Shown piece by piece: positions 1 through 9,207 of a DNA stretch of 20,000 nt (position 1 is the first letter of the stretch; each line of letters opens with the position of its first letter). The DNA comes from an uncultured virus (IMG/VR IMGVR_UViG_3300045995_000471) (taxonomy: Duplodnaviria > Heunggongvirae > Uroviricota > Caudoviricetes). Position numbers and translations under genes: made by a program. The stretch lies in IMG/VR virus record IMGVR_UViG_3300045995_000471; one strand, written 5' to 3'. The notes under the pieces were generated by a model. That model made no database searches, was not told the DNA's origin, and saw only the letters and a program-made list of their open reading frames with translations.

Positions 1-1
1 C

Positions 2-3000
2 ATAACCGATTTCTGTATTGCCCCAACGTAGAGGCGCAGCACTCAATTTAATTTGATGCCCGTGGCTCTTATATTGAGCCGCAGCTTCGTCCCCCAAGAA
101 ACCTGGATAATCAAAAATAGGTTTGATACTAGGATAATCAGCAGGTATAAAGGACCTTATGTTAGCAGGAGCATTAGGACCAAAAGCTTCTCCTGGTGTA
201 AACCTAGGACCACCGAAGGCACCACCAGCACCAGGTAATCTACCAGGTAGCCCCTGTAGAGCACGTTCTTCTAAGGTGCCTAAAAATTCTTGTTTTGATC
301 TTTGGAAACGCATCGTATAAAAATCAGGAGACTCAGTATCAAGTTCCTTTAATATATTTTCCATACGTTTTTTGAAAACCATATTTATATATCTGGTATA
401 GCCACGATTTTCTCCGTAAAGCCCCGCCTCAGTCAAAGCCTTTAGTGGATCATCGGCCTTTGCAACTATCTTTTGGGCGCGCTGGTCGAAACTAAAAACC
501 TCAGCCCATTCTGGCTTGGATAGATCAAACGCCTTATCAAAAATATTTTCTACATCTTCACGTACTTTGTGGGTAGGCTTATTTAATATGTCAGCCAAAT
601 CAGTCCCACCAGTAGCACTAGGACGGAACGGCCACCAAGAAGATTCAGCAGTTTTAGGAATTGCTTTTCCCAGTTTGGACTCAACTTGTCCTAACCGCAT
701 GTCTTCCCAACCTTCTGGGAGGTCTTCACCAAGATGTTCAAACATCTGGCCCATACGTTCTTTTAGTATATTGTTCATATAGTGGGTAACCCCACGGCTG
801 CCTCCATAGAGACCTTCAGACCTAAGCCCCCCAATAACATCTCGGTAGTCACCAGCACCAGGAGGCTGTACTCCACGTAGAACAGGATGAGCCATATAGA
901 TATCTTTCCAGTCATCGGCACTCAACGAACCTGCATGTTTAGAAACAGCTTCTTTCCAACTTTCTTTAAATAGAGGAGAAAATGATTGAGTAATCTCGGG
1001 GGACCTACCAACAATACCACCTTGTATATCTTCGCGAATATCCCTTCCTCTAGTGGCCCTCCGTAAAGAACGAACATCCATTCCATAACCCATTTCTCCA
1101 CCCAATAATGACGCAGTTGCTTCAGTTACCGCTGCTCTTCGGGTTTCAGGGTGCTTTCTAAGTTCGGCTATTATCTCAATATTACTTTTTCCAAACATAT
1201 CTCCGTGGCCTATATCTTCAAGCCACTGCTTAACTTGTGGTCCAAATTCCTTCATATAAACAAGTCTCTCAATAAGAGAATCAACTTTGAGTCTATATTT
1301 GGATTTAGGATCTGCAACACTATCTATCTCTTCCTTTATCTTATCTATACCAGAATCTTCTCCCATTCCTAAGAGTTTATATGCTGCACCCTGCTGTATC
1401 AAACCGTGCGCTTGGTTCATGGCACTGGTTAATTGTGTTCGATATTTGTCTTTATCTTCAGGTGTTCTGGCTAGAGCAAACTCTCGTAGTGAATCTTCGA
1501 ATGCTGTCTTAACGCCCTGATCAATAAATATTTGACCAGTAGATTCATCATAGAAAACCTTATTACCAGCCCGCGCATGCTCACCAGCGAGACCTGCTGT
1601 TTCTTTTCCATAAGTCTTTACTTGTTCTAGAAGACCTTCTAGGCGGTATATTTCAGGAGTCATAACACTCATAACTTTGTCATAAGTCTGTTGAAACTCC
1701 TCATATATTTTCATTGCAGGACTACTAAAGATGTGAGTTTTTTGATCTTCGGGAGACGAAAATGTACCAAACATCTTGCCAACATCAATATGTTGACCTG
1801 GTTTGTTTCGAAGTACATAGTCTAGAACCTCAGCATAAGAAAGAGCGGGTCCCCCAGGAGTATAGATATTCTCTGCATCTGATCTTTTAGCATAAGAGCC
1901 AACGGCCATACCGGCGCCACCAGAAGACTTCAGTTTATACATGGGCTGTAGACCACGATAAAGAGAAGCTGTTGACATGCCTGGTTCAATTATTTCTTCT
2001 TCAATTTGTCCAGGACGTCCACGTCTCACACGCTCAAGTCCCTCACCTGCAGCAGCAATCCTAAAAGCTCCTTCTATCTTGGATAAGTTATTACCCAGTT
2101 CCTTTCTTAGCTCGGTCAGAACCTTATCAGTAATATTCTCTTTACCAGCGTATGCCTCAAAATCACCCTCATTGAATTTAAACTTAGTTTTAAGTCCTAG
2201 TGTCTGGAGTGTCTCATCTTCAAATCCTTCACGGCCCGCCATAAATTTAGCCAGTCCTAAACTACCCTTTTTAGATAGAGTAGCATCACCAACCAAGCCA
2301 GACGAATACTGTTCTTTTATGTTGGCAACTGACAAACGTCGCATCTCGTCATATACTGATTCTAGCATCGCTCTAAAAGAAGTATTTTCTATAATAGCAT
2401 TAATGATCTCTTCTCGGTCTTTTCCTTTTACATCTAGGCCATAATCTTCTGCTTCACCCTTTAGTTCTTCATCAGTTTTTGGGCGGAGAAATTTAGTTCT
2501 ATAGGTGGCTAACTGTTTTTCCTTCTCTCCAAATATACCACCATATCCAGTATCGGCTCCTTGGGATAGCTCATCCAATTTACCAGTAAAGAAAGCATTA
2601 AGAACCTTAGGACTCATATCAGCACCAGCAGATCCATGCTTACCACCAATAACTTTCTGGATAATATCTCTTAAAAATTCCCCCAACAGCACATTATAAG
2701 TATCATGCATTTTAGGAGTAAGTCCCATTCCCTTAGGATCGGCACCACGGTAAAGGAAACCAATCCTATTAAAAGCCTCATAGCCTTGTCCCATATCAAT
2801 CTTGTGCACAAAATGCTTTAGAGAATCTTCTGCAATATCCTCTGCGGCCGTACCGTGTATATCCAATAGATCCTTCTTAGCAGTCTTCTCGACTCCCTTA
2901 AGAAAGTCCATTTCTTCCCATACAGGAGCAGCATGTCTTGCAAGTAGTGCTGGAGGAATCCCCGTTGCTCCGCCACTGAGAGGAGAAATCTCTTCACCTG

Positions 3001-6000
3001 GTAGGAGCTCAGCACCCTTTTTACCTAAGGACCTCTTTTCCTCAGGAGTATAACTCAGTGTCTCATGTAGAAAACGCCTAGCAGTTCCGTAATCTTTGGT
3101 CTGCATATCATGGATTCTTTTTAATTCTTCATTGGCTTCTTTGGTAGTAGCCGCATGTACCGACATCATGTCGCCGTCGAAGTCCAAAGTCATTGTTGCT
3201 TCATGGTACAAGGGCATTAGATCCTTGGATACCTTATCAATTCCTTCAACATCTTGTTGTAGTTTTGTAATAGACGAAGTAGCCTTTCCTCCACTATCTT
3301 CTAGTTCTCTTTCTATTTGCTCTACCTTCTGCTGTCTTACCTTTTCCAACTGATCTCGGGCCGCTTCCATCTTAGAGACCACAGGATAGTCTCCTATAGG
3401 TAAACCGGGCACTGTTACAACTCCAGACAGGTCCTTCAGCATATCATCAACAGTCAAACGCATGGCCCTGTAACTAAACTCATCTGTGGTAGGCTGTCTA
3501 TTAATAAGAGCATATATATTATCAGCTTGTTTCTGTATCTCTGGAGTAGCTTGCCCGGCCTTCTGAAGTTCTCTTAGATCTCTTTCACCAATACGAACTT
3601 CGTCGCGTCGCACCCACTGAGATGGATGTTTAATTTTGAATTCTTCTACATCCCTAAGCGCAGCCCTCAGTTCTTTGACCAGAGTCATTGCTTCGGAGTT
3701 CTGCCCACCAAATTTCTCTAATTGGCCTATGGCTCTAGTAATAGCATCAGCAGGATCGTATGGTCGTTGTTGTGCGGTTAGATATAAAGCAGGTATCTTT
3801 TTCTTCATTACTACGTCTGAGATTACACCACGTCCATATATAGAACGTGTTAATTCATCATAGTAAGCCTGAAGATTTCGTCGTATTTCGGCGTACTGTG
3901 TATCCGCCGCAGTCTTATAAGTTATCCCTGTAACCTGCCTATTCTGATCAAGTTGTGGTTCGTACTGTTTAAATTCTCTTACCAATCTCTTTAAGAGTTT
4001 ATCGTCCATCAAACTCTGAGTTTCATATCCAGCATGCCTACCCTCAGATATATCTACATTAACTTCTTTGCCTATCAGTTCCTTATTCTTAGCATAAATA
4101 ACAGGGTCCGAAAGAGCATCTCTCAAGAAGCGAGCACGATAATTAAGGTTAGAAACAGAATCATCTAGGGTGCGGAAGTATTTGTCATAAGCATCCCCTA
4201 TCGTGATACCCTCTTTCATTTCTCCTTCGAGCTTTCTTTGTTTATCTTCAGGGACTCTAGAATATGCAGTAGGATACCAAGCTTTCTCCGGGTTCTCAGG
4301 ATCTACCAAGAGAGATCTATTACCAAAAAATTGCGGCATTTGGCGCTGTCCAATGGACCCTAGGACCTGCTCTTCCATCTTCCCCAACAGTTCTTTCTTC
4401 AAGTCAATATCTCTAACAGGATGAATCTTATTATAGAAGTTACTCAATACGACATCTAAGAAATTCTTTTGTGTTTCTGTAACTTCTGGTTTATTAGATT
4501 GAGATAATAACTGATGATATTTTCTAGTGGCTTCCACAGTCTCAGACAAGTATCTAGAAATAGTACTAGGCAAGACTTCCCCGGTCTCAGACACAACCTT
4601 CTCCCTAGCCTTTATCTCAGGTATTTCGATGAGGCTCTTGGCAGGCATAACCTGGCGGCCTTCTCTAATTCCCTCTTCGATCTCCTTATCTATTTGAGCC
4701 TGCATAGCCTCTGAGGGCTTAGGTAGCTGTAGTGCCATACGTGGACCATATTTAAATGGATCAAATATAGTACTTCCTAATTCCCCTACTGTTGCCTTGC
4801 GCTCTAGCGGGACCACAAAGTTCTTAGAATCCTCATCAAGAAGTTCTCGTTCCCCAATAGATTTTAGGTTACCACGAGACGCAGCACGTCTAAGTTCATC
4901 TTCACCTAACTTAGCAAAAGACCTAAAGGCTGAAAGAAGAGCACCAGCTTCTCGGGCTTCTGGCACAGCTCGGGTTGTGAACTCCTTCATCAGGGCGCCA
5001 CCAGGTTCAAAAAGTTTCTGTAGCCCGAGCCAGCCATGCGGATCCACCGTCATCTTAGACTCTCCAGACTCTAACTGGGAAGCACCTTTGGCTAACCAAG
5101 TCTTAGGTTCTTTCATGATCATTATATGCATCATTCCAGCAATAGCCTTTTCTACCTGGCCATCTTGTTGATACACAAATTCTTCACCATACTTCCCTCT
5201 TAGCCCTAAAGCATCTTTATATAGAGTAGCCAGTTCTTTAGCATCACGGCCCGACGCAGTATTTTCTACTAGGATTTTAGCAAGAGGAGATCTACCTATT
5301 TGCTCAACTAGAGTTTCACCTTCTAGTGGTTTACCACGAAGGTTTCCTATGATGTTATTGGCTATTATCTCAGCCATATTTCCACCAATCATACGGCTAG
5401 CCTTACCTACGCCTGTAGCATGAATACGTAAATCGGCTGGTGCATCTTTAAGCAATTCACCACCCATGTCCTTGTAGGCCTGTCTTATCTGGTTCATATC
5501 TTGTTCTAAAAGCTTAACTTGTTCTTGTGGAGATGTTGCTTTCTTAAGTTGTTCCGGAGTAGTAAAACTAAAGCCCAATAATTTACCTATAATTTGGCGA
5601 CGCTCATCTACACCTAGCGTATCTTCACCCATAATCTTTCCAGTACCATACTCGATGGGACTCATCTTAAAACCTTTTAGATGTTCCCCAGCCATCATAA
5701 TAACATTCTGGGTACCTTTAATCATATCAAGGGCCTTTGCTACTTCTGCTGGATTGAGATCTTTACGGGCTTTAAGAAGATCAGTCAAGATTTCTTCAAA
5801 GGCTTTAGGTGCATCTTTTATAGTGCCTACATCAGTAAACTGTATTTTGGGAAATAGGCCTTGCTTAGCTTTTGCCGCCGCAGAAGCTTCAGCTTCCGGA
5901 CCACCAAGTCTGCCGAATACGGTAGCACTAACGCCTTTCATGACCTGACCAGTAGATAATTTGCGAGCTTCATGACCAAGATAAGCATTTAGTAATTCAA

Positions 6001-9000
6001 CAATATTTTCTTCAATGGGACCTTTGGGAGACTGCGCCCAACGCTTGGCTATATTAGTAACGAAGGTTTGGTCAGCAAGTTCCTGAGATTTGATAGGAGC
6101 CCCAAAGATATCATGACCAACATCCTGTAGATACTGAACCACACTGTTTCTGAGTTCAGTTTCAGTGCCCTTTAGATTAGGTACAACCATCTTTTTGAAT
6201 TTAAAGGTAGCAACCTCTTGTAGACGCTTACCCATTTCATAGAGATCTTCATAACCTGCCGATAAGTCTTTCAGGATTGTAGTTACATTAAGGCCTGTAC
6301 CATAAGGTCCCCACTCGCCCTTCGAGATCATTTGGTGTGCTTTTCTAGATCGTATAGCATTGAATTCTGGACCGGCTAGAGAATCCCACGCAGCACCAGT
6401 TGGGCGGGCAGGATTTATAGAATATCCAAAAGCCTCAGTCTCGCGGGGATCATAAGAAGAAAATGGTTGTAGTCTCTTACCTTTAAAGAAGGCTTCCATA
6501 AACTGTTCACCGAAGTCTCGTTTACCAGATGCAGCCGCCTCATTCAAGCCTACAGTTGCCAACCGTTCTATGGTTGGGCCTAATTTCTTAGCCGCTGCCT
6601 CTACACCCCTTAACAATTCTTTCTGATATAATTCCTCCATATCTAGGTTGCGTTGAATAATGAAACGTCTTAAGGCTTGGAGATCTACAGGTACACCAAA
6701 AGAACTAGGCCCTGCATCTACTCCTGGGATCTTGGGCTGTATAGTAATAACTTTACTGCGCCCGTAGACCTCATGCTTTTGCATAGCCTCGTGTTCTTCT
6801 GGAACTTTTTCTTTAATAGGATCAAATACGCGTTTAAAACTCTGAACTAACAATTCATTAAAGAAAGACTCATTACCAAGTCTACCGGCAGAAGACAGGC
6901 TATTTCTGATTCTCTCCAATTCATTAGTTTGATCTTTTGAAAAAGTAGCCGCACGGTTAAGAAGACTGTAAAAATCTATATTTCTATACTTACTAAACTC
7001 TTCTAGAACTCTCTGCCAAGCTCTCACATTATAGTCACTTTGACCAAAGATCTCTCGCTCCTTTTGTTCTAGGCGTTTAATCACATTTTCTAATTGACCA
7101 ACAGGAATATCAGCAGCTCTAGTTCCAGACTTTTCAGACTCTGCCCTCATATACCCAACAACAGGAGCAGGTATTAATTCATATCTAGCACCTTTCCCCT
7201 TTAAAGCATCAAGCTGGGATCTAAATCTTGCTTCTAATTCAGGAGGAAGTTTACGACCACCGCTTATTATTTCTTCTTTTAATACACGTTCTTCAGTAGT
7301 ACGTATAGCCTCTCTAAGTGCTGTCTCATAAGTAGACATAAAGTCTTGCTTCATTAGGTTAATGGCTTCAGTAGCCTTACGAGCTCGACCGCCTCTGGTT
7401 TCTTGCAAGAAGGTATTAACTTTATCAAAAGAATCTTTCATTTTCTGGATTGATTCCTCAGCAGCCGCCTCCATACCTACACCAACACCATGTTCCTCGG
7501 CAGGCCTGGATCTAACCCAAAAGTCTTTAACTAAACGTCGGATCTCCTTGACCTCTTTAGGCACATCTTGGGGACGATAATTCATCTTCTTGATGTAGTC
7601 AGACATTTCTCGGATATATGTATCATCCATATAATTAATACCAGGCTTAGTTTCCAGATATTTTCCTAAAGTCAGATATTCTCCACGTTCAGGATCTCGT
7701 ATTATACTTGCTCCACGTGCACTCTTCGCAACAGAAGGTAGCGGAATAACTTGCTGGGTAACGCTCTCAATCTGCTTGGCAATCATCTCGGTCTGTTTCT
7801 TAGCCGCTGCTTCTCCAAGCTTAGAAACCAATTCTTTTTCAACGATCTGAAGTATATCTTCCTGAGTTTTTTGGATATATTTTAATGACTGAGACATTAA
7901 AGTCTCTAGCTTTCGGGATATATTATTTTGCTCTAGGTATCTGTTTATCTCATCAGCTACGGATTTACTAATGTCTACCTTGAAAGCATCACGGAAACTC
8001 TTAGGATCCATGAGTTTTTGTGTCTCTTTTGCCAAGGCTTTTACATCAGACATTGCATATGTAGCAAGTCCATTTTGATCAAACTGAATGTGGGGAGCAC
8101 CAACATACCTTCCACCAATAGGAGCACCAATACCACGCCGGGCACTCATAGATGCCACGTCCCTAAATAGATCTGTAGGCGGATCGAAGAATTGTGCTTT
8201 ACCAAATTGGAATACTATGTTTCTTTGGAATTGTGCAAAAGAGCGCCTAGTCTTATCTAGTTCTTCTCCAAGTTCCTTTCCTAAAACTTCTGAGGCTTCT
8301 GTTACAGCCTTACGCATCTCTTGGACTTGGTTTAATAGATCTTTACTTTTTATGGCTTGCATAGCTTCCGTAGCTACTTTTGCATTATCCCCAGCCTCAG
8401 TAATGCGATCTAATTCTCTTTTAATCTTCTCAACTTCAGTTGCCGCTGTCTTGTGCTCAGAATAACCTACTTGTGATAAGGCAGTCTGTATAGAACCATA
8501 TACCTCATCCATATAATCCTTAGCTCTCATAACGCCCTTGAGAACGTCCTCTTTGGATGCATCCACTAATTTCTCAATCTTTAATTCTAGTTCCCTAGTA
8601 AATATATCTGGAGCTGTCATCTGTTGTAGAGAACGTTCGGGACGTAATTCCATTCGCTCTCCAGTAAACGTGGAAACTGTGGTTGGGGATTTTAAATTCT
8701 TAATAAACTGTTGAGTTTCTAGGAAGAGGTTTCTTTGCTGCTCCAGACTACGTTGCATCTGATCGCTAGCCTGCTTCATAGAATGAAACTGTCTGTCAAA
8801 CTCTTTCTTTATCTCTTGTTTTTCGACTTGTAGGCTTTGACGTTCCTCATACTTCTTGCTGAATGCAGAAGTAGGATCATAATCCTGCTTAGCATCCCAC
8901 GGAGAAGATATATTTGAAGGTGTGGTCGGGGCAGGAGCATAAGCTCTGAGTCTCTTAATTTGATCCTCAACAGCATTCAACTCTGCTCTTAGGCGAGATT

Positions 9001-9193
9001 CTATATTTGTAGGCGTATTTAGTGATTTATTGATAGCATCTTTAAGGTCTTTTATATCCCTCATAGATGCTGAGTTTAGGATACTCTCGGCTTTGTCAGA
9101 AAATTCCCGTAGCTTGGCACTAGCTTGATCCTTAGTGTCATCAATTTCGGACTGTATTTTAAGTTTTATATTAAAGGTATAATCTTCAGCCAC
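2..9193 (-). CDS. Giant (>3064 aa, 3'-truncated) protein at the tape-measure locus containing a single-chain two-barrel (beta+beta'-like) RNA polymerase; putative virion RNAP / tape-measure fusion
   Basis: GTG start at 9193-9191 after GAGG(A). N-terminus is MAEDYTFNIKLKIQSEIDDTKDQASAKLREFSDKAE. The segments I translated by hand, including the left edge, are stop-free in one frame, and the ORF track lists no terminated ORF in this frame, consistent with run-off. RNAP motifs are in the same frame. It lies directly downstream of the tail tube and chaperone-like genes. Confidence 0.9.
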   Translation of the reverse strand, partial: MAEDYTFNIKLKIQSEIDDTKDQASAKLREFSDKAESILNSASMRDIKDLKDAINKSLNTPTNIESRLRAELNAVEDQIKRLRAYAPAPTTPSNISSPWDAKQDYDPTSAFSKKYEERQSLQVEKQEIKKEFDRQFHSMKQASDQMQRSLEQQRNLFLETQQFIKNLKSPTTVSTFTGERMELRPERSLQQMTAPDIFTRELELKIEKLVDASKEDVLKGVMRAKDYMDEVYGSIQTALSQVGYSEHKTAATEVEKIKRELDRITEAGDNAKVATEAMQAIKSKDLLNQVQEMRKAVTEASEVLGKELGEELDKTRRSFAQFQRNIVFQFGKAQFFDPPTDLFRDVASMSARRGIGAPIGGRYVGAPHIQFDQNGLATYAMSDVKALAKETQKLMDPKSFRDAFKVDISKSVADEINRYLEQNNISRKLETLMSQSLKYIQKTQEDILQIVEKELVSKLGEAAAKKQTEMIAKQIESVTQQVIPLPSVAKSARGASIIRDPERGEYLTLGKYLETKPGINYMDDTYIREMSDYIKKMNYRPQDVPKEVKEIRRLVKDFWVRSRPAEEHGVGVGMEAAAEESIQKMKDSFDKVNTFLQETRGGRARKATEAINLMKQDFMSTYETALREAIRTTEERVLKEEIISGGRKLPPELEARFRSQLDALKGKGARYELIPAPVVGYMRAESEKSGTRAADIPVGQLENVIKRLEQKEREIFGQSDYNVRAWQRVLEEFSKYRNIDFYSLLNRAATFSKDQTNELERIRNSLSSAGRLGNESFFNELLVQSFKRVFDPIKEKVPEEHEAMQKHEVYGRSKVITIQPKIPGVDAGPSSFGVPVDLQALRRFIIQRNLDMEELYQKELLRGVEAAAKKLGPTIERLATVGLNEAAASGKRDFGEQFMEAFFKGKRLQPFSSYDPRETEAFGYSINPARPTGAAWDSLAGPEFNAIRSRKAHQMISKGEWGPYGTGLNVTTILKDLSAGYEDLYEMGKRLQEVATFKFKKMVVPNLKGTETELRNSVVQYLQDVGHDIFGAPIKSQELADQTFVTNIAKRWAQSPKGPIEENIVELLNAYLGHEARKLSTGQVMKGVSATVFGRLGGPEAEASAAAKAKQGLFPKIQFTDVGTIKDAPKAFEEILTDLLKARKDLNPAEVAKALDMIKGTQNVIMMAGEHLKGFKMSPIEYGTGKIMGEDTLGVDERRQIIGKLLGFSFTTPEQLKKATSPQEQVKLLEQDMNQIRQAYKDMGGELLKDAPADLRIHATGVGKASRMIGGNMAEIIANNIIGNLRGKPLEGETLVEQIGRSPLAKILVENTASGRDAKELATLYKDALGLRGKYGEEFVYQQDGQVEKAIAGMMHIMIMKEPKTWLAKGASQLESGESKMTVDPHGWLGLQKLFEPGGALMKEFTTRAVPEAREAGALLSAFRSFAKLGEDELRRAASRGNLKSIGERELLDEDSKNFVVPLERKATVGELGSTIFDPFKYGPRMALQLPKPSEAMQAQIDKEIEEGIREGRQVMPAKSLIEIPEIKAREKVVSETGEVLPSTISRYLSETVEATRKYHQLLSQSNKPEVTETQKNFLDVVLSNFYNKIHPVRDIDLKKELLGKMEEQVLGSIGQRQMPQFFGNRSLLVDPENPEKAWYPTAYSRVPEDKQRKLEGEMKEGITIGDAYDKYFRTLDDSVSNLNYRARFLRDALSDPVIYAKNKELIGKEVNVDISEGRHAGYETQSLMDDKLLKRLVREFKQYEPQLDQNRQVTGITYKTAADTQYAEIRRNLQAYYDELTRSIYGRGVISDVVMKKKIPALYLTAQQRPYDPADAITRAIGQLEKFGGQNSEAMTLVKELRAALRDVEEFKIKHPSQWVRRDEVRIGERDLRELQKAGQATPEIQKQADNIYALINRQPTTDEFSYRAMRLTVDDMLKDLSGVVTVPGLPIGDYPVVSKMEAARDQLEKVRQQKVEQIERELEDSGGKATSSITKLQQDVEGIDKVSKDLMPLYHEATMTLDFDGDMMSVHAATTKEANEELKRIHDMQTKDYGTARRFLHETLSYTPEEKRSLGKKGAELLPGEEISPLSGGATGIPPALLARHAAPVWEEMDFLKGVEKTAKKDLLDIHGTAAEDIAEDSLKHFVHKIDMGQGYEAFNRIGFLYRGADPKGMGLTPKMHDTYNVLLGEFLRDIIQKVIGGKHGSAGADMSPKVLNAFFTGKLDELSQGADTGYGGIFGEKEKQLATYRTKFLRPKTDEELKGEAEDYGLDVKGKDREEIINAIIENTSFRAMLESVYDEMRRLSVANIKEQYSSGLVGDATLSKKGSLGLAKFMAGREGFEDETLQTLGLKTKFKFNEGDFEAYAGKENITDKVLTELRKELGNNLSKIEGAFRIAAAGEGLERVRRGRPGQIEEEIIEPGMSTASLYRGLQPMYKLKSSGGAGMAVGSYAKRSDAENIYTPGGPALSYAEVLDYVLRNKPGQHIDVGKMFGTFSSPEDQKTHIFSSPAMKIYEEFQQTYDKVMSVMTPEIYRLEGLLEQVKTYGKETAGLAGEHARAGNKVFYDESTGQIFIDQGVKTAFEDSLREFALARTPEDKDKYRTQLTSAMNQAHGLIQQGAAYKLLGMGEDSGIDKIKEEIDSVADPKSKYRLKVDSLIERLVYMKEFGPQVKQWLEDIGHGDMFGKSNIEIIAELRKHPETRRAAVTEATASLLGGEMGYGMDVRSLRRATRGRDIREDIQGGIVGRSPEITQSFSPLFKESWKEAVSKHAGSLSADDWKDIYMAHPVLRGVQPPGAGDYRDVIGGLRSEGLYGGSRGVTHYMNNILKERMGQMFEHLGEDLPEGWEDMRLGQVESKLGKAIPKTAESSWWPFRPSATGGTDLADILNKPTHKVREDVENIFDKAFDLSKPEWAEVFSFDQRAQKIVAKADDPLKALTEAGLYGENRGYTRYINMVFKKRMENILKELDTESPDFYTMRFQRSKQEFLGTLEERALQGLPGRLPGAGGAFGGPRFTPGEAFGPNAPANIRSFIPADYPSIKPIFDYPGFLGDEAAAQYKSHGHQIKLSAAPLRWGNTEIGY
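2630..3841 (-). other. beta'-like (DPBB-A, catalytic) half of the RNAP core inside the giant ORF
   Basis: IYGRGVISDVVMKKKIP (3791-3841; cf. IKGKQGRFRQNLLGKRVD). ALINRQPTTDEFS (LINRQPT at 3488-3508; cf. VLLNRAPTLHRLG). TLDFDGDMMSVHAATTKEANEEL (DFDGD at 3170-3184; cf. [23 protein letters not shown]). LGEFLRDIIQKVIGGKHG (H at 2636-38) is trigger-loop-like. Confidence 0.92.
4980..6305 (-). other. beta-like (DPBB-B) half of the RNAP core inside the giant ORF
   Basis: GTGLNVTTILKDLSAGYEDLYEMGKRL (ED at 6245-6250; cf. E. coli beta [25 protein letters not shown]). ARKLSTGQVMKGVS (K at 5960-62 and 5936-38; cf. GDKMAGRHGNKGV). PADLRIHATGVGKASRMIGGNMAE (5369-5440; cf. [22 protein letters not shown]). 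AIAGMMHIMIMKE (~5108-5146; cf. VTVGYMYMLKLNH). Confidence 0.8.
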
Positions 9194-9207
9194 GGTCTAA
9201 ACTATCC

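Noticed and set aside
2..640. Possible PD-(D/E)xK/Cas4-like nuclease domain near the edge of the giant ORF (FRPSATG ... GNTEIGY)
   Set aside because: The resemblance is faint and any catalytic residues would fall outside the window.
2630..6305. Calling the giant ORF cellular rpoB/rpoC (or a fused rpoBC)
   Set aside because: The motifs are highly divergent with very different spacing, there is no ribosomal-protein context, and the neighbours are phage tail genes.
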